This document shows, in pieces, positions 8,953 to 18,978 of a stretch of DNA of 64,000 nucleotides (its first letter is position 1; each line of letters starts with the position of its first letter). The stretch is taken from positions 384,001-448,000 of the forward strand of contig CAVVCZ010000005.1 in NCBI GenBank assembly GCA_963746845.1. The letters are read 5' to 3'. Origin of the DNA: an uncultured Chloroflexia bacterium (GTDB lineage: Bacteria; Chloroflexota; Limnocylindria; Limnocylindrales; CSP1-4). The position numbers were made by a program, and so were the translations under genes. Under the pieces are notes generated by a model that saw only the letters and a list, made by a program, of their open reading frames with translations, ran no database searches and was not told the origin of the DNA.

Positions 8953-11745
8953 TCACTCCATTCCACGCCGGAGCGCCGCGACCGGCGCGCCGCGGCGCTG
9001 GGCCCACGCGGCCAGGGCGATGCCGATCGCCGCGATCGCGAGCACGCCGCCGAGGATCAGGGCGAGCTGGAGCGGATCGGCGGACAGCGGCACCTCGAGT
9101 CGTGCCCCGACGAGCGCGTCCAGCCCGAGCCCGGGCTCCAGCAGGGCGAACAGCCCGAGCCCGAGCGCGACGCCGACCAGGAAGGCGATGAGCACGGTCG
9201 GGCCGTGCTCGAGGATGGCCAGACCGGCGGCGTCGCGTCGCGACAGGCCGACCATCCGGAGGTGGGCGACCTCGGTGGCCCGTGACGCCCCGGACAGTGC
9301 CAGCGCGGCGGTGACCGCGAGGGCGGCGTAGACCGCCGCCACGAGCGCGGCAATCGCGATCCCCGCAACGATCGCCGCCGTCACCGGGGAGTCGGTGAAC
9401 GCGGTTGCGAACGTCGCCCGGCTCTCGACCACCGCCGACGGCACCTGGGCGGTGACCGCGGCACGGAGCTCGGCGCCGTCGCCGTCCGGCGCCTGGAGGA
9501 ACAGGCTCGAGAGGGCGAGCGGCGCATCCGGGTGGACGGCCTTAAGCTGCTGGCGCGACACGATCGCGAAGACCGCGTCCGGGTCCATCGTCGGGAAGGT
9601 CGCCCGCGTGTCGACCCCGCGGACCTGGTAGTGGTAACCCTCGACGACGATCTCGAACGGCTTCCCGACCGGCGCGCCGTCGGTGCGATCGGCGACGGTC
9701 CGGGACAGGAGGATCGGGACGACCTTGTCCGCGGGCAGGTCACCGAGCATCGCCGGTGGTGCCGCGGGGTCCGCCGGCGTCCCGCGGACGATCGACTCGT
9801 ACGCCGCGAGGTCCACGGCGAGCAGCTGGATCCGGAGGTTCCGCGGACCCACCGGCACGAGCGTCTTGAACAGCCCGGCCGCCGCGGTCACACCCGGCAG
9901 CTTCAGCGGATCGACGGTCGTCGGCAGGGTCCCGACCTGGGCCGTGGCCCGGAACGGGGCCCCGATCGCGTGCCACGCGGCCGCCGTGCTCGCACGGTCG
10001 AGATGGACCAGCGCGGCCGACGAGAACGCGCCGATCGAGGCCGTCGCGAGGAGCACGAGCAGCACCGCGGCCGTCGTCCCGCCCACGGCGGCCCGGCGGA
10101 ATGCGAGGATCGGGACGAGGCCGAGCCGGCGCGCCCCGAGCCGGCCGAGGAACCGGAGCGGGATCGGCACCAGGACGATCGCGGCCAGCCCGACGGCGAT
10201 CCCCGCGAGCGCGGGCACCGCGGCGATCAGCGGGTCGGCGGAGGCGAGCGAGCCGGTGCTGCTCGCGCCCTTGACCCCACGCTCCCGGAGCAGGTACGCC
10301 CCGGCGCCGGCGAGCACGACGACGACCCCGTAGAGGATCAGCCGGCGCGCCGAGATGCCCCGGGGCGGGTCGTCGTCCCGCGCGCCGCGGGCGGCGGCGC
10401 CCACGCCCCGGACGGCGGTCACGATCAACAGCCCGATCGCGATCGCCCCGACCAGGGTCGCCGCGATGACCGTCGACCGGTTGCTGCCGGTGGGGATCAG
10501 GAGGATCGACAGGAGGATCGCGAGACCGACTGCCGGGATCGCGATCACGCAGCCCTCGAGGAGGACCGCCCGGACGATCTGGCCGACGGTCCCGCCACGG
10601 CCCCGGACGAGCGCCAGGGCCGGCCGGCGACGCCGCGCGGCCATCATCGCCACGAGCCCGAGCGCGGCGAACGCGACGATCGCCGGGCCGATCGCGACGA
10701 CCGTCAGGATCGCCGACGCGGACGCCCAGCGCGCCTGGTGGGTGACGAGGAGTGGCAGCAGCCCGCTCCGCATCGCGGCCCCGGTGAGGGCGTTCGTCGT
10801 CACCTGGGTCTGCGGGAAGGTCGTCTCCAGGCGCCGCAGGTCGAGGATCAGGGGATCCAGCTCGGCCGCGGCGAGCCGATCCGTCGCGAGGAAGTGCCGC
10901 CAGGCGTAGCGGAGCGGCGCGCCGGCGCTCGCGATCGCCTGGACCATCCCGTCGTAGGCGTCGTCGGCCATCAGCGCCCCGACGTCGATGAACTTCGCGT
11001 CGCCGCCGGGTGAGCGGATCGAGACGTCCGCGATCGACTGGTCGTCGTACCAGAACGGGTCGGTCGGGTCATCGACCTCGAACACGCCCGTGATCTCGAT
11101 CGCGGCGAGTCCCTGGACCCGCGACGACAGCGGGTCGCGCGGGTCGATCGACAGGAACAGGACGTCGCCGGCGGACGCGTCGATCTGATGGGCGGCCGGG
11201 GCGGCGATCGCGGCCTGGAGCACGAGCACCTTGACCGGCTCCGTCGAGGGCGGATCGGTCGGGGGCACGAGGTGGGCGAGGTCCGGCGGCAGGTCGACCG
11301 TCCGGGTCGTCGCCGTCGGCGCCGACCCCGCCACGTAGTGGATCCGCGTCGATGCGCCGGGCTGGATCCGGAAGCGGATGAACGACGGGTCCGGGGTCGT
11401 CGCCTGGATCGAGAACCGCGGTGTGTCGATGACGACCTTCCGCTCGCCGATCAGGCCCTGGACGGCCGCCGGCATCCGCCCGTCGAGCCGGTCGCCCTCC
11501 TCGTCGACCTGTCGGAGCGGCTCCGACGGGTCCGCCGACAGCCCCGTCTCCTCGACGAGGGAGACATTCCGATCGAACGCCGACGCTTGCGCCACGACGC
11601 CCCGGAGCGCGTCGTCGGCGACCCGGTCGAGCAGGCGCGGCGCGATCCCGAACACCGTCGCGGTGACGAGGATGAGCAGGCCGAGCCCGAGCGCCGGTGC
11701 CCGGTCGTCGCGGAGGCGGCGGAGCGCGACGAGGATCGATGACAT
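8953..11745 (-). CDS. Large FtsX-like ABC permease
   Basis: Two FtsX repeats (RRRPALALVRGRG; RATEVAHLRMVGLS) with large extracytoplasmic loops. Confidence 0.9.
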   Translation of the reverse strand: MSSILVALRRLRDDRAPALGLGLLILVTATVFGIAPRLLDRVADDALRGVVAQASAFDRNVSLVEETGLSADPSEPLRQVDEEGDRLDGRMPAAVQGLIGERKVVIDTPRFSIQATTPDPSFIRFRIQPGASTRIHYVAGSAPTATTRTVDLPPDLAHLVPPTDPPSTEPVKVLVLQAAIAAPAAHQIDASAGDVLFLSIDPRDPLSSRVQGLAAIEITGVFEVDDPTDPFWYDDQSIADVSIRSPGGDAKFIDVGALMADDAYDGMVQAIASAGAPLRYAWRHFLATDRLAAAELDPLILDLRRLETTFPQTQVTTNALTGAAMRSGLLPLLVTHQARWASASAILTVVAIGPAIVAFAALGLVAMMAARRRRPALALVRGRGGTVGQIVRAVLLEGCVIAIPAVGLAILLSILLIPTGSNRSTVIAATLVGAIAIGLLIVTAVRGVGAAARGARDDDPPRGISARRLILYGVVVVLAGAGAYLLRERGVKGASSTGSLASADPLIAAVPALAGIAVGLAAIVLVPIPLRFLGRLGARRLGLVPILAFRRAAVGGTTAAVLLVLLATASIGAFSSAALVHLDRASTAAAWHAIGAPFRATAQVGTLPTTVDPLKLPGVTAAAGLFKTLVPVGPRNLRIQLLAVDLAAYESIVRGTPADPAAPPAMLGDLPADKVVPILLSRTVADRTDGAPVGKPFEIVVEGYHYQVRGVDTRATFPTMDPDAVFAIVSRQQLKAVHPDAPLALSSLFLQAPDGDGAELRAAVTAQVPSAVVESRATFATAFTDSPVTAAIVAGIAIAALVAAVYAALAVTAALALSGASRATEVAHLRMVGLSRRDAAGLAILEHGPTVLIAFLVGVALGLGLFALLEPGLGLDALVGARLEVPLSADPLQLALILGGVLAIAAIGIALAAWAQRRGAPVAALRRGME

Positions 11746-11751
11746 CGGTCG

Positions 11752-14700
11752 TCAGCTCTCCCGCGCGCGCAGGACGCCGCTGATCCGGATGTCCGGCAGC
11801 TGCCGGCGGGTGAGCCAGAGGCTGATGACGAACAGGACGAGCGCGGCCACGTAGACCGGCAGGATCGCCTCCCACGGGATGACGACGACCGGTGCAGGCA
11901 CCGGCGCGAGCCCGGTCTGGGCCAGGGTCGCGAACGGCAGCACGAGCCACGCGAGGAGGAGCCCGAGGAGCGTCCCCGCGACGAGGCCCACGACGAGCAG
12001 GAAGACGCTCTCGATCGAGAGCCACAGCGACAGCTGGCTCGTCGAGAGGCCGAGCGCCCGGAGCAGCGCGAACTCGCCGACCCGTTCGCTGGTCGACACG
12101 GTCGAGCTGACGAGGAAGCCGATCCCGGCGAAGAGCATCGCGGCGATCGACCCGAGGCCGAGGACACCGATCAGCCCGAGCGGCACGGGATCCGTCGTCA
12201 GCGCGCGCGTCAGCTCCGTGCGCCCGATGACGCTCGACGTGCCGGCCGACTGGCTCCGGAGCGCGGCGAGGACCCCCGGCTCGGAGCCCGGGGCGACCCG
12301 CAGCCACCACTCGTCGGCCCCGGACGTCTGTCCGGTCGCGATGAAGCGGGACACGTCGACGTCGGCGATCAGGGCGATCGCGATCGGCTTGTCCGGATCG
12401 AACGGGGCGAACATCGGGGTCGTGCCGACGATGCGGACGTTGACCGGCCGGCCGAGGCTGGACAGCTGGAGCTCGTCGCCGATCGAGCTGCCGGTCCGGG
12501 TCATCAGCGCGTCGGACGCGATGATCGGGATCGAGACCTCGTCCGGGTCGCCGGACCCACCGAAGCCGGCCGGGCCCGCGAAGAGTCGGTACACGACCCC
12601 GGAGCTGCCGCCCCCGAAGAACGGCTGGCTGTTGCTCACGGCGATCCGGTTCGGACGCGCCGGCACCGGCCGGAACGTGTCCGTCCGCTCGGCGTCGATC
12701 CGCGCCCACTGCCAGCCGTCCGCGGCGGCGTCGATCGTCACCGGGGCCCAGCCCGTCTCCCCCGTTGCGGCGTCCGTCACCTCGAGTCCGGTGATCTCCG
12801 CCGCCCCGAAGATCGGGATCTGCTCCGTCGGCGCGATCGACAGCTCGACGGCCTCGAGTGACAGAGGCGCCGTCGGCAGGAGCCCGGGCGCCGACGGGTC
12901 GCCGAGATCGATGACGATCCGCTGCGGCGGACCGGACAGCGAGCCGGCGACGGCGGCGGTCCGCCACAGGCGGCCGTCGCCGTCGCGGAGCACCGCGTCC
13001 GCGCTGAACCCGGCGGTCCCCGGCGGGAGGTCGGTCGCCGTCGGCTCCTCGGTCGTGGTGTCGATCTGCTGGAAGGCGACGTCGACGGTCAGGGCGATCC
13101 GAGCCGGCCGGCCGGGCAGGGCGATCGCCGGCGATGGCGATTCGGCGGCCCGCAACGGACCGAGTGCGTCGGTCGCCGCCGTCCAGTCCGAGCCGCGCGG
13201 CGGTGTCGTCGCGATCTCGCCGGCAGCGGTGGGATCCACCCCGACCAAGGTGCTCTCGCGGACGGTCCGACCGATGTCGAACGGTGACGTGATCAGGGGC
13301 GTGGCGGCGGTCACGCCGGGGATCGCCCGGTATGTCGGCCCGGCGGCCCATGTCGGCAGCGAGGTGTAGTCGGACGGCAGCGCCCGAACGTCGCCAACGG
13401 CCTGGTACGCGGCCTGATCGGCCTGCGACCGGGTCCACGTCGCGGCGTGCGCGGCGGCCAGCGTCCCGAGCGCGGCCGCGAGCATCAGGAGCAGCGCGGC
13501 TCGCGTGTAGCGCAGGGGCCGGCGGGCCAGCTGTCGACCGCCGAGCGACCCGACGAGCCCGCGGCCACGGACGAGGAATCGCTCCCCGAGCTCGGCGACG
13601 CGGGGCACGATCCGGAGGGCAAGGACCGCGCCCGCGATCAGCCCGATCGCCGGCGCCGCGACGAGCAGCGGGTCCAGGCCGAGCGTGCCGCGCGCGTTCA
13701 CCGTCAAGGGCGCGCCGTACAACCGGAGCTGCCACAGCGCCACGGCCGCGACCGCCACGAGGGCGAGGTCCAGCCCGAGCCGCTGCGGCAGGGTGGTTCG
13801 CGCCTGTCGCCCCTGGGCGGCGCGCGCGCCGGCCGGGCTGGCGGACACGAACAGTGTCGGCAGCGTGAGCGCGACGATGCACGCGAGCCCGGCGACGATC
13901 GACACGACGATCGCCGTCTGGCTGATCGCGGCGTTGTCCGCCAGCCCGAGCCCCGCCGTCGGACCGACCGAGCCGAGCACGTTCACGATCGCCAGGGCGA
14001 GCAACGGCGCCAGGATCGCCGCCGGCACCGCGAGGAGCGTCGACTCGAGGACCGCCATCCGCGTGAGGTGGCTGCCGCTGGCCCCCCGCGAGCGCATCAG
14101 GGCGATCTCCGACCGGCGTCGCTCGACGAGCAGGCCCGCCACGAGGATCACCGCGTAGCCGGCGAGGATCGCGAACTGGATCGTCAGGAGGATGACCCCG
14201 CTCCGGCTGACCAGCACGCTCCGTCCGACACCGTCGAGCAGCTGCGGCAGGGTCGTCGTGACCCGCGGGCTCGTGCCGGCCGGCAGGAGGCCGCGCAGGC
14301 GCGCAGCCAGGTCGTCCGCGCCGGCCCGGAGGGCGTCGACATCGTCGACCCGCAGCGACGCCACGTCCGGGAGCCCGCGCCAGTCGATCGCGAGCCGACG
14401 CCCGCCACCGAGCGTGACGAGGTCCGCCTCGCGGATCACCAGCGGACCACGGGAGGTGTAGGTGCCGCTGCCGCTCGTGACTCCGGTCGTCTCGAGCGTG
14501 TCGCCCAGGAAGAGCGCATCACTCGGGTCCACCTGCCAGATGCCGACGATCGCAACATCGACGTGGAGCGAGGCATCCAGCCGGCTCACGAGCGACAGGC
14601 GATCGCCGACGGTCAGGTGCATCTGACGGGCGGCGGCATCGGAGACGACCGCCTGGAGCGGCGTTCCCCCGGCCGTCGGCCAGGCGCCCTCGAGCAGGGT

Positions 14701-15099
14701 CGCGCGACGCTCGATCCCGTCGACGCTCGCGAACTCGGTCAGGTCGTGCACCTGATCCGGAGGGGTTGCCGCGTCGGCGTACGAGCCGGACGCCGTGATC
14801 CGGTAGACCGATCCTCCGGTCGCAGCCATCGCCCGGTCGAGCTCGGGACGGACGATGGCGTCGAGGCTCTCGAGCCGGTCCGGCTCGGACGACAGGGACA
14901 CGACCATCGCGCGCGTGGCGGGCGGCGCGGCGAGGATCGCGCGGTGGAGACCGCCTGCGGCCACGGCGTCGCCGTACACGACGCCCGTCGCGAGGAGCGT
15001 CGTCGCGCAGATCAGCAGCACGAGCGCGGCGAGCACGACCGGCCAATCGGCGAGGCTGCGCTGCACGACCGCGCCTGCCAGGCCGGTCCGGGGGGTCAC
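11752..15099 (-). CDS. Large FtsX-like ABC permease
   Basis: ERRRSEIALMRSRGAS and ERVGEFALLRALGLS FtsX motifs; GTG start with GGGAGA RBS. Confidence 0.9.
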   Translation of the reverse strand: MTPRTGLAGAVVQRSLADWPVVLAALVLLICATTLLATGVVYGDAVAAGGLHRAILAAPPATRAMVVSLSSEPDRLESLDAIVRPELDRAMAATGGSVYRITASGSYADAATPPDQVHDLTEFASVDGIERRATLLEGAWPTAGGTPLQAVVSDAAARQMHLTVGDRLSLVSRLDASLHVDVAIVGIWQVDPSDALFLGDTLETTGVTSGSGTYTSRGPLVIREADLVTLGGGRRLAIDWRGLPDVASLRVDDVDALRAGADDLAARLRGLLPAGTSPRVTTTLPQLLDGVGRSVLVSRSGVILLTIQFAILAGYAVILVAGLLVERRRSEIALMRSRGASGSHLTRMAVLESTLLAVPAAILAPLLALAIVNVLGSVGPTAGLGLADNAAISQTAIVVSIVAGLACIVALTLPTLFVSASPAGARAAQGRQARTTLPQRLGLDLALVAVAAVALWQLRLYGAPLTVNARGTLGLDPLLVAAPAIGLIAGAVLALRIVPRVAELGERFLVRGRGLVGSLGGRQLARRPLRYTRAALLLMLAAALGTLAAAHAATWTRSQADQAAYQAVGDVRALPSDYTSLPTWAAGPTYRAIPGVTAATPLITSPFDIGRTVRESTLVGVDPTAAGEIATTPPRGSDWTAATDALGPLRAAESPSPAIALPGRPARIALTVDVAFQQIDTTTEEPTATDLPPGTAGFSADAVLRDGDGRLWRTAAVAGSLSGPPQRIVIDLGDPSAPGLLPTAPLSLEAVELSIAPTEQIPIFGAAEITGLEVTDAATGETGWAPVTIDAAADGWQWARIDAERTDTFRPVPARPNRIAVSNSQPFFGGGSSGVVYRLFAGPAGFGGSGDPDEVSIPIIASDALMTRTGSSIGDELQLSSLGRPVNVRIVGTTPMFAPFDPDKPIAIALIADVDVSRFIATGQTSGADEWWLRVAPGSEPGVLAALRSQSAGTSSVIGRTELTRALTTDPVPLGLIGVLGLGSIAAMLFAGIGFLVSSTVSTSERVGEFALLRALGLSTSQLSLWLSIESVFLLVVGLVAGTLLGLLLAWLVLPFATLAQTGLAPVPAPVVVIPWEAILPVYVAALVLFVISLWLTRRQLPDIRISGVLRARES

Positions 15100-15258
15100 G
15101 TCTGCTCGTCTCCCGCTCGTGTCAGACGTCGGATATCAGTGCATACACCGCTCGGAGCGGCGCGGGTTCACGTCAGGAAACGAGCCCGCGAAGGGTAGCG
15201 CATGCGGCGTGTCCGCCCGCCAGGCCGGGTTCGGGGGACGGCGACGCCGGCAGACAAC

Positions 15259-15291
15259 GACGCCGGCCGACCCGAAGGCCGACCGGCGCCG
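15259..15291 (-). terminator. Probable intrinsic terminator after the F420/NADP reductase gene
   Basis: Minus strand GGCGCCGGTCGGCC-TTCG-GGTCGGCCGGCGTC hairpin followed by GTTGTCT. Confidence 0.6.
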
Positions 15292-15330
15292 AGGTTCCCC
15301 CCTGGGCGACGGGCGCTGCCCGCCGCGAGA

Positions 15331-15975
15331 TCAGTTGCGGCTGTCGCCCGTCGTCGCGGCGTCGTCGGGTCCGACGATGACCCACGCGTCCTGCCACGTG
15401 CCACCGGCGAGGGCCCGCTGGATGTTGAGCCAGGCCATGCCCTCGAGGGTCCGGGCCGAGGCGAGCGTCCCGGCGTCGACCGGGCGGAAGCCGACCGACT
15501 CGACGACCGATAGGACCGCCTGCTTGGCCGCGTGGTCGTCGCCGGCCACGAAGCCGTCCGCGGCGACTCCGTCGACGAGCGGCTGCGCCTGGCGCGAGGC
15601 GAACGCGGTGTTGAAGGCCTTCACGACGGAGGCCGACGGGAGCTTCGCCTGGAGCTCCTCGGCGATCGAGGTCGGCGAGCCGTCCGGCGACGGGGTCGGG
15701 CGGTTCGAGACGTCCACGACGATCTTCCCGTCGATCCGCGAGCCGAGCTCGTTCGCGACCTGGTCGAAGGCGGTGGCCGGGACGGCGAGGACGACGAGGT
15801 CGGCCGCCGAGACCGCCTCGGTATTGGTGACCGCCGCTCGGGCGCCGGTCTGCTCGGCCGCTGCGCGGGCGTGCTCGGGATGGGCCGCCGACAGGGTGAC
15901 GTCGTGTCCGGCCCTGGTGAGCGAGCCTGCGAGCGCGCGCCCGACGTTGCCGGCCCCGATGATGGCGATCTGCAT
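15331..15975 (-). CDS. NADPH-dependent F420 reductase / NADP oxidoreductase family
   Basis: IAIIGAGNVG Rossmann motif, KIVVDVSN, VVKAFNT, FVAGDD. Confidence 0.9.
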   Translation of the reverse strand: MQIAIIGAGNVGRALAGSLTRAGHDVTLSAAHPEHARAAAEQTGARAAVTNTEAVSAADLVVLAVPATAFDQVANELGSRIDGKIVVDVSNRPTPSPDGSPTSIAEELQAKLPSASVVKAFNTAFASRQAQPLVDGVAADGFVAGDDHAAKQAVLSVVESVGFRPVDAGTLASARTLEGMAWLNIQRALAGGTWQDAWVIVGPDDAATTGDSRN

Positions 15976-15995
15976 CAGGTGATCCTCCGGGATCT

Positions 15996-16071
15996 GCTTG
16001 ACATTGTTGCTGTGGTCAAGCGATATTTGTTGATAGCGAAACCGTACGACGATAGTTTGCTGTTGTCAAGC
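15996..16071. promoter_or_regulatory. AT-rich divergent promoter/operator region; minus-strand sigma70 promoter TTGACA-N17-TACGGT
   Basis: -35 at 16069-16064 and -10 at 16046-16041 (minus); direct repeats TTGCTGT(G/T)GTCAAGC at 16007-16021 and 16057-16071; inverted GCTTGAC/GTCAAGC at 15996-16021. Confidence 0.7.
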
Positions 16072-16094
16072 ACTGTTTGTGGAGAACCAGTCCC

Positions 16095-16676
16095 GTGGCC
16101 ATCGAACCCCCCGTCGAGCACGGCGCCCGTCGCGCCCCCGCGGTCGGCCGGCAGGTCCGGCGCTGGCGGACGGACCGCGGCCTCACCCTCGCCCGCCTGG
16201 CGGGTGCCACAGGGCTGAACATCGGCTACCTGTCCCAGATCGAGAACGACAAGGCGTCGCCGTCCCTGACCTGCCTCTCGTCCCTCGCGACCGCCCTGGA
16301 CGTGCCGATCGCGTGGTTCCTCGTCGACGAGTCGGCCGAGCCGGAGGTCGTCCGCCACGCAGATCGTCGCTGGCGGACCTCGGCGGCCGGCCGTGCGAGC
16401 CGGGTCGACGGAGGCGCCTCGAGCGACATCGCGATCGTCGAGCTCGAGGCGGTCCCGGGCCAGCCCACCGGGCTGCACACCCATCCGGGCGACGAGCACC
16501 ACTACGTGACGGCGGGCCGGTTCCGGATGACCCAGGGCGACCACGTCGTGGAGCTGGGGCCCGGCGATTACCTCCGCTGGGACGGACTGATCCCCCACGA
16601 CGCCGAGGCGATCGGCGACGCGCCCGCCTCGATGCTGATCGTGCGGCTCACCCGCCACGGCGAGCCGCACGACTGA
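16095..16676 (+). CDS. XRE-family HTH regulator with cupin domain
   Basis: GLTLARLAGATGLNIGYLSQIENDKASPS HTH; HTHPGDE...PH cupin; GGAGA RBS at 16081. Confidence 0.93.
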   Translation: MAIEPPVEHGARRAPAVGRQVRRWRTDRGLTLARLAGATGLNIGYLSQIENDKASPSLTCLSSLATALDVPIAWFLVDESAEPEVVRHADRRWRTSAAGRASRVDGGASSDIAIVELEAVPGQPTGLHTHPGDEHHYVTAGRFRMTQGDHVVELGPGDYLRWDGLIPHDAEAIGDAPASMLIVRLTRHGEPHD

Positions 16677-16687
16677 CGGCCGACATG

Positions 16688-16718
16688 CCGAACGGCCGGC
16701 GCGAGGCCGGCCGTTCGG
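16688..16718. terminator. Hairpin between convergent genes (probable bidirectional terminator)
   Basis: CCGAACGGCCGGC-gcgag-GCCGGCCGTTCGG perfect 13-bp stem. Confidence 0.65.
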
Positions 16719-16739
16719 AGGAGCGAAGCGCGAGGTCCG

Positions 16740-17288
16740 TCAGTTCACGCGGCTGACCGTGAACGGGTTGGTCAGCGGATGGTGGTTGCCCCGCCCGACC
16801 CAGATCCGCCCGATCGGCAGCTTCGAGGCGCCCATCGAGCCCCCGAAGGTGACGTGGCGGGCGCAGCTCGTCCGGAAGTTCAGCCCATCGATCCGGCCGT
16901 AGTTCGTGAACCGGTAGGTCAGCGTCTTGTGGTCGGCGCTCAGGGCGATGAAGTCGCTCCCCTCGAGGTGGACGGCCCGCGCGTCCGTGATCGCGGCGCT
17001 CGACACGATCCGCCCGCTGAACACGACCTTGCCGGTCCCGCGATGGGTCACCCGCAGATGCCAGCCGGTCGCGTCATGCCAGATGTAGTCCCCGGCCGAC
17101 GCGCCCGCGTGCCATGCCGTCGGCACGCCCTGGACCGAGGCCGGCCAGTGGCCGTCGGTGCAGGCGGCCGTCGCGGCGGCAGCAGTGGGCCCGGGCGAAG
17201 CGGCGAGCGTCGCGGCGGGTGCGACGAGAGCGGCCGTGAGGGCGACGAGGCCCATCAGGGTTCCGAGGATCGGGCGTCGGATCGTCAT
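16740..17288 (-). CDS. Secreted hypothetical protein
   Basis: Signal peptide (MTIRRPIL...ATLAA), beta-rich mature domain with two Cys; GGAGA RBS. Confidence 0.8.
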   Translation of the reverse strand: MTIRRPILGTLMGLVALTAALVAPAATLAASPGPTAAAATAACTDGHWPASVQGVPTAWHAGASAGDYIWHDATGWHLRVTHRGTGKVVFSGRIVSSAAITDARAVHLEGSDFIALSADHKTLTYRFTNYGRIDGLNFRTSCARHVTFGGSMGASKLPIGRIWVGRGNHHPLTNPFTVSRVN

Positions 17289-17491
17289 TCGAGCATCTCC
17301 GTAGGCGTGGAGTGGTCGAGGGCACCCTCGTGGGCCCGCGTACGACCGTCGACCCGGAAACGTCAGGAGGACGTAAGACCGGCACGCAACCGCAACCCGC
17401 GGCGCGCCACGCTCCCGCCCGACGATCGGTATCCTTCACGCGTCCCGCGGACGGACCACGCTCCGTCGATCACACAGGTCAGGTGGTGCCC

Positions 17492-18640
17492 ATGAAGGTC
17501 GGCGTCGCCAAGGAGACCGCGCCCGGCGAGCGGCGCGTCGCCCTGGTACCCGAAGCGCTCGGCAAGCTCACGACGGCCGGGCTCGAGATCCTCGTCGAGA
17601 CCGGCGCCGGCGCCGGATCGGCAATCCCGGACAGCGCGTATGCGGATGCTGGTGCGACCGTCGTCTCGACCGACGATCTGTACGCCCGGGCCGATGCGAT
17701 CCTTCGGGTCCAGAAGCCGAGCGCGACCGAGGTCGGACGGTTCCGGAAGGGCCAGGCGGTCCTCGGCCTGCTCCAGCCGCTGATCGATCCGGCCGGCGCG
17801 AAGGCCCTCGCCGACGCGGGCGTCACCGCGATCAGCCTGGACGCGATCCCGCGCACGCTGAGCCGGGCCCAGACGATGGATGCCCTGAGCTCGCAGGCGA
17901 ACGTCGGCGGCTACAAGGCCGTCCTGATCGCGGCCAACGCCTATCCCCGCTACTTCCCGCTGCTGACGACCGCGGCCGGGACGGCCAAGCCGGCCAACGT
18001 CCTGATCCTCGGGATCGGCGTCGCAGGGCTGCAGGCGATCGGCACGGCCCGGCGGCTGGGCGCGATCGTCCATGCCTACGACGTCCGGCCCGAGACGCGC
18101 GAGCAGGCCGAGAGCCTCGGCGCGAAGTTCGTGAAGCTGAAGACGACGATCGACGCGACCGGGGCCGGCGGGTACGCCCGCGAGCTGACGCCCGAGGAGC
18201 GTGCCGCTCAGCAGGCGGAGCTGAACGAGGCGATCGGCGGGATGGACGTCGTGATCACGACGGCCCAGGTCCCGGGGCGCAAGCCGCCGGTCCTCGTGAC
18301 TGCCGCAGCCGTCGAGCAGATGAAGCCGGGCTCGATCATCGTCGACATGGCGGCCTCGACTCTCGGTGGCAACTGCGAGCTGTCACGGGTCGGCGAGACG
18401 ATCGAGACGTCGAACGGCGTGACGATCATCGCCCCGGACAACCTGCCCGCATCGATGCCGGCGGGGGCCTCCGCGTTCTACGCGCGGAACATCTCGACCC
18501 TGCTGCTCGGGATGGTCAAGGACGGAGCGCTCAACCTCGACTTCGAGGACGAGGTGACCAGGGCGACGGTCATCACCCGTGACGGCGCCGTCGTCAGCGA
18601 ACCCGTGAACAAGCTGCTGAACCCCGGAGGCGCGGCGTGA
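17492..18640 (+). CDS. pntA: NAD(P) transhydrogenase subunit alpha, part 1 (domain I)
   Basis: MKVGVAKE...ERRVAL, SRAQTMDALSSQ, GIGVAGLQA, GGYA, GGNCE. Confidence 0.95.
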   Translation: MKVGVAKETAPGERRVALVPEALGKLTTAGLEILVETGAGAGSAIPDSAYADAGATVVSTDDLYARADAILRVQKPSATEVGRFRKGQAVLGLLQPLIDPAGAKALADAGVTAISLDAIPRTLSRAQTMDALSSQANVGGYKAVLIAANAYPRYFPLLTTAAGTAKPANVLILGIGVAGLQAIGTARRLGAIVHAYDVRPETREQAESLGAKFVKLKTTIDATGAGGYARELTPEERAAQQAELNEAIGGMDVVITTAQVPGRKPPVLVTAAAVEQMKPGSIIVDMAASTLGGNCELSRVGETIETSNGVTIIAPDNLPASMPAGASAFYARNISTLLLGMVKDGALNLDFEDEVTRATVITRDGAVVSEPVNKLLNPGGAA

Positions 18641-18975
18641 TCCCGCAGGACATCCTGGACCTGCTCAACAACCTGACCGTCTTCACCCTGGCGATCCTCG
18701 TCGGGTTCGCGGTGATCAGCAAGGTCCCGGCGACCCTTCACACCCCGCTGATGTCGGGGGCCAACTCGATCCACGGGATCGTCCTCGTCGGCGCGATGCT
18801 CATCGCGGCCGAGGTGAATGACGTCGCCGGCTACCTGCTGGCCCTCGTGGCGGTCGGGTTCGCGACGATGAACGTCGTCGGCGGCTACGTCGTCACCGAC
18901 CGGATGCTCCAGATGTTCCGGAAGAAGCCCGCGGCTCCGAAGCCCGCCGAGGCGGACGCGGAGGGCGGGGCGTAA
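18637..18975 (+). CDS. pntA: NAD(P) transhydrogenase subunit alpha, part 2 (membrane)
   Basis: VPATLHTPLMSGANSIHG, NVVGGYVVTDRMLQMF. Confidence 0.95.
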   Translation: MIPQDILDLLNNLTVFTLAILVGFAVISKVPATLHTPLMSGANSIHGIVLVGAMLIAAEVNDVAGYLLALVAVGFATMNVVGGYVVTDRMLQMFRKKPAAPKPAEADAEGGA

Positions 18976-18978
18976 CCG

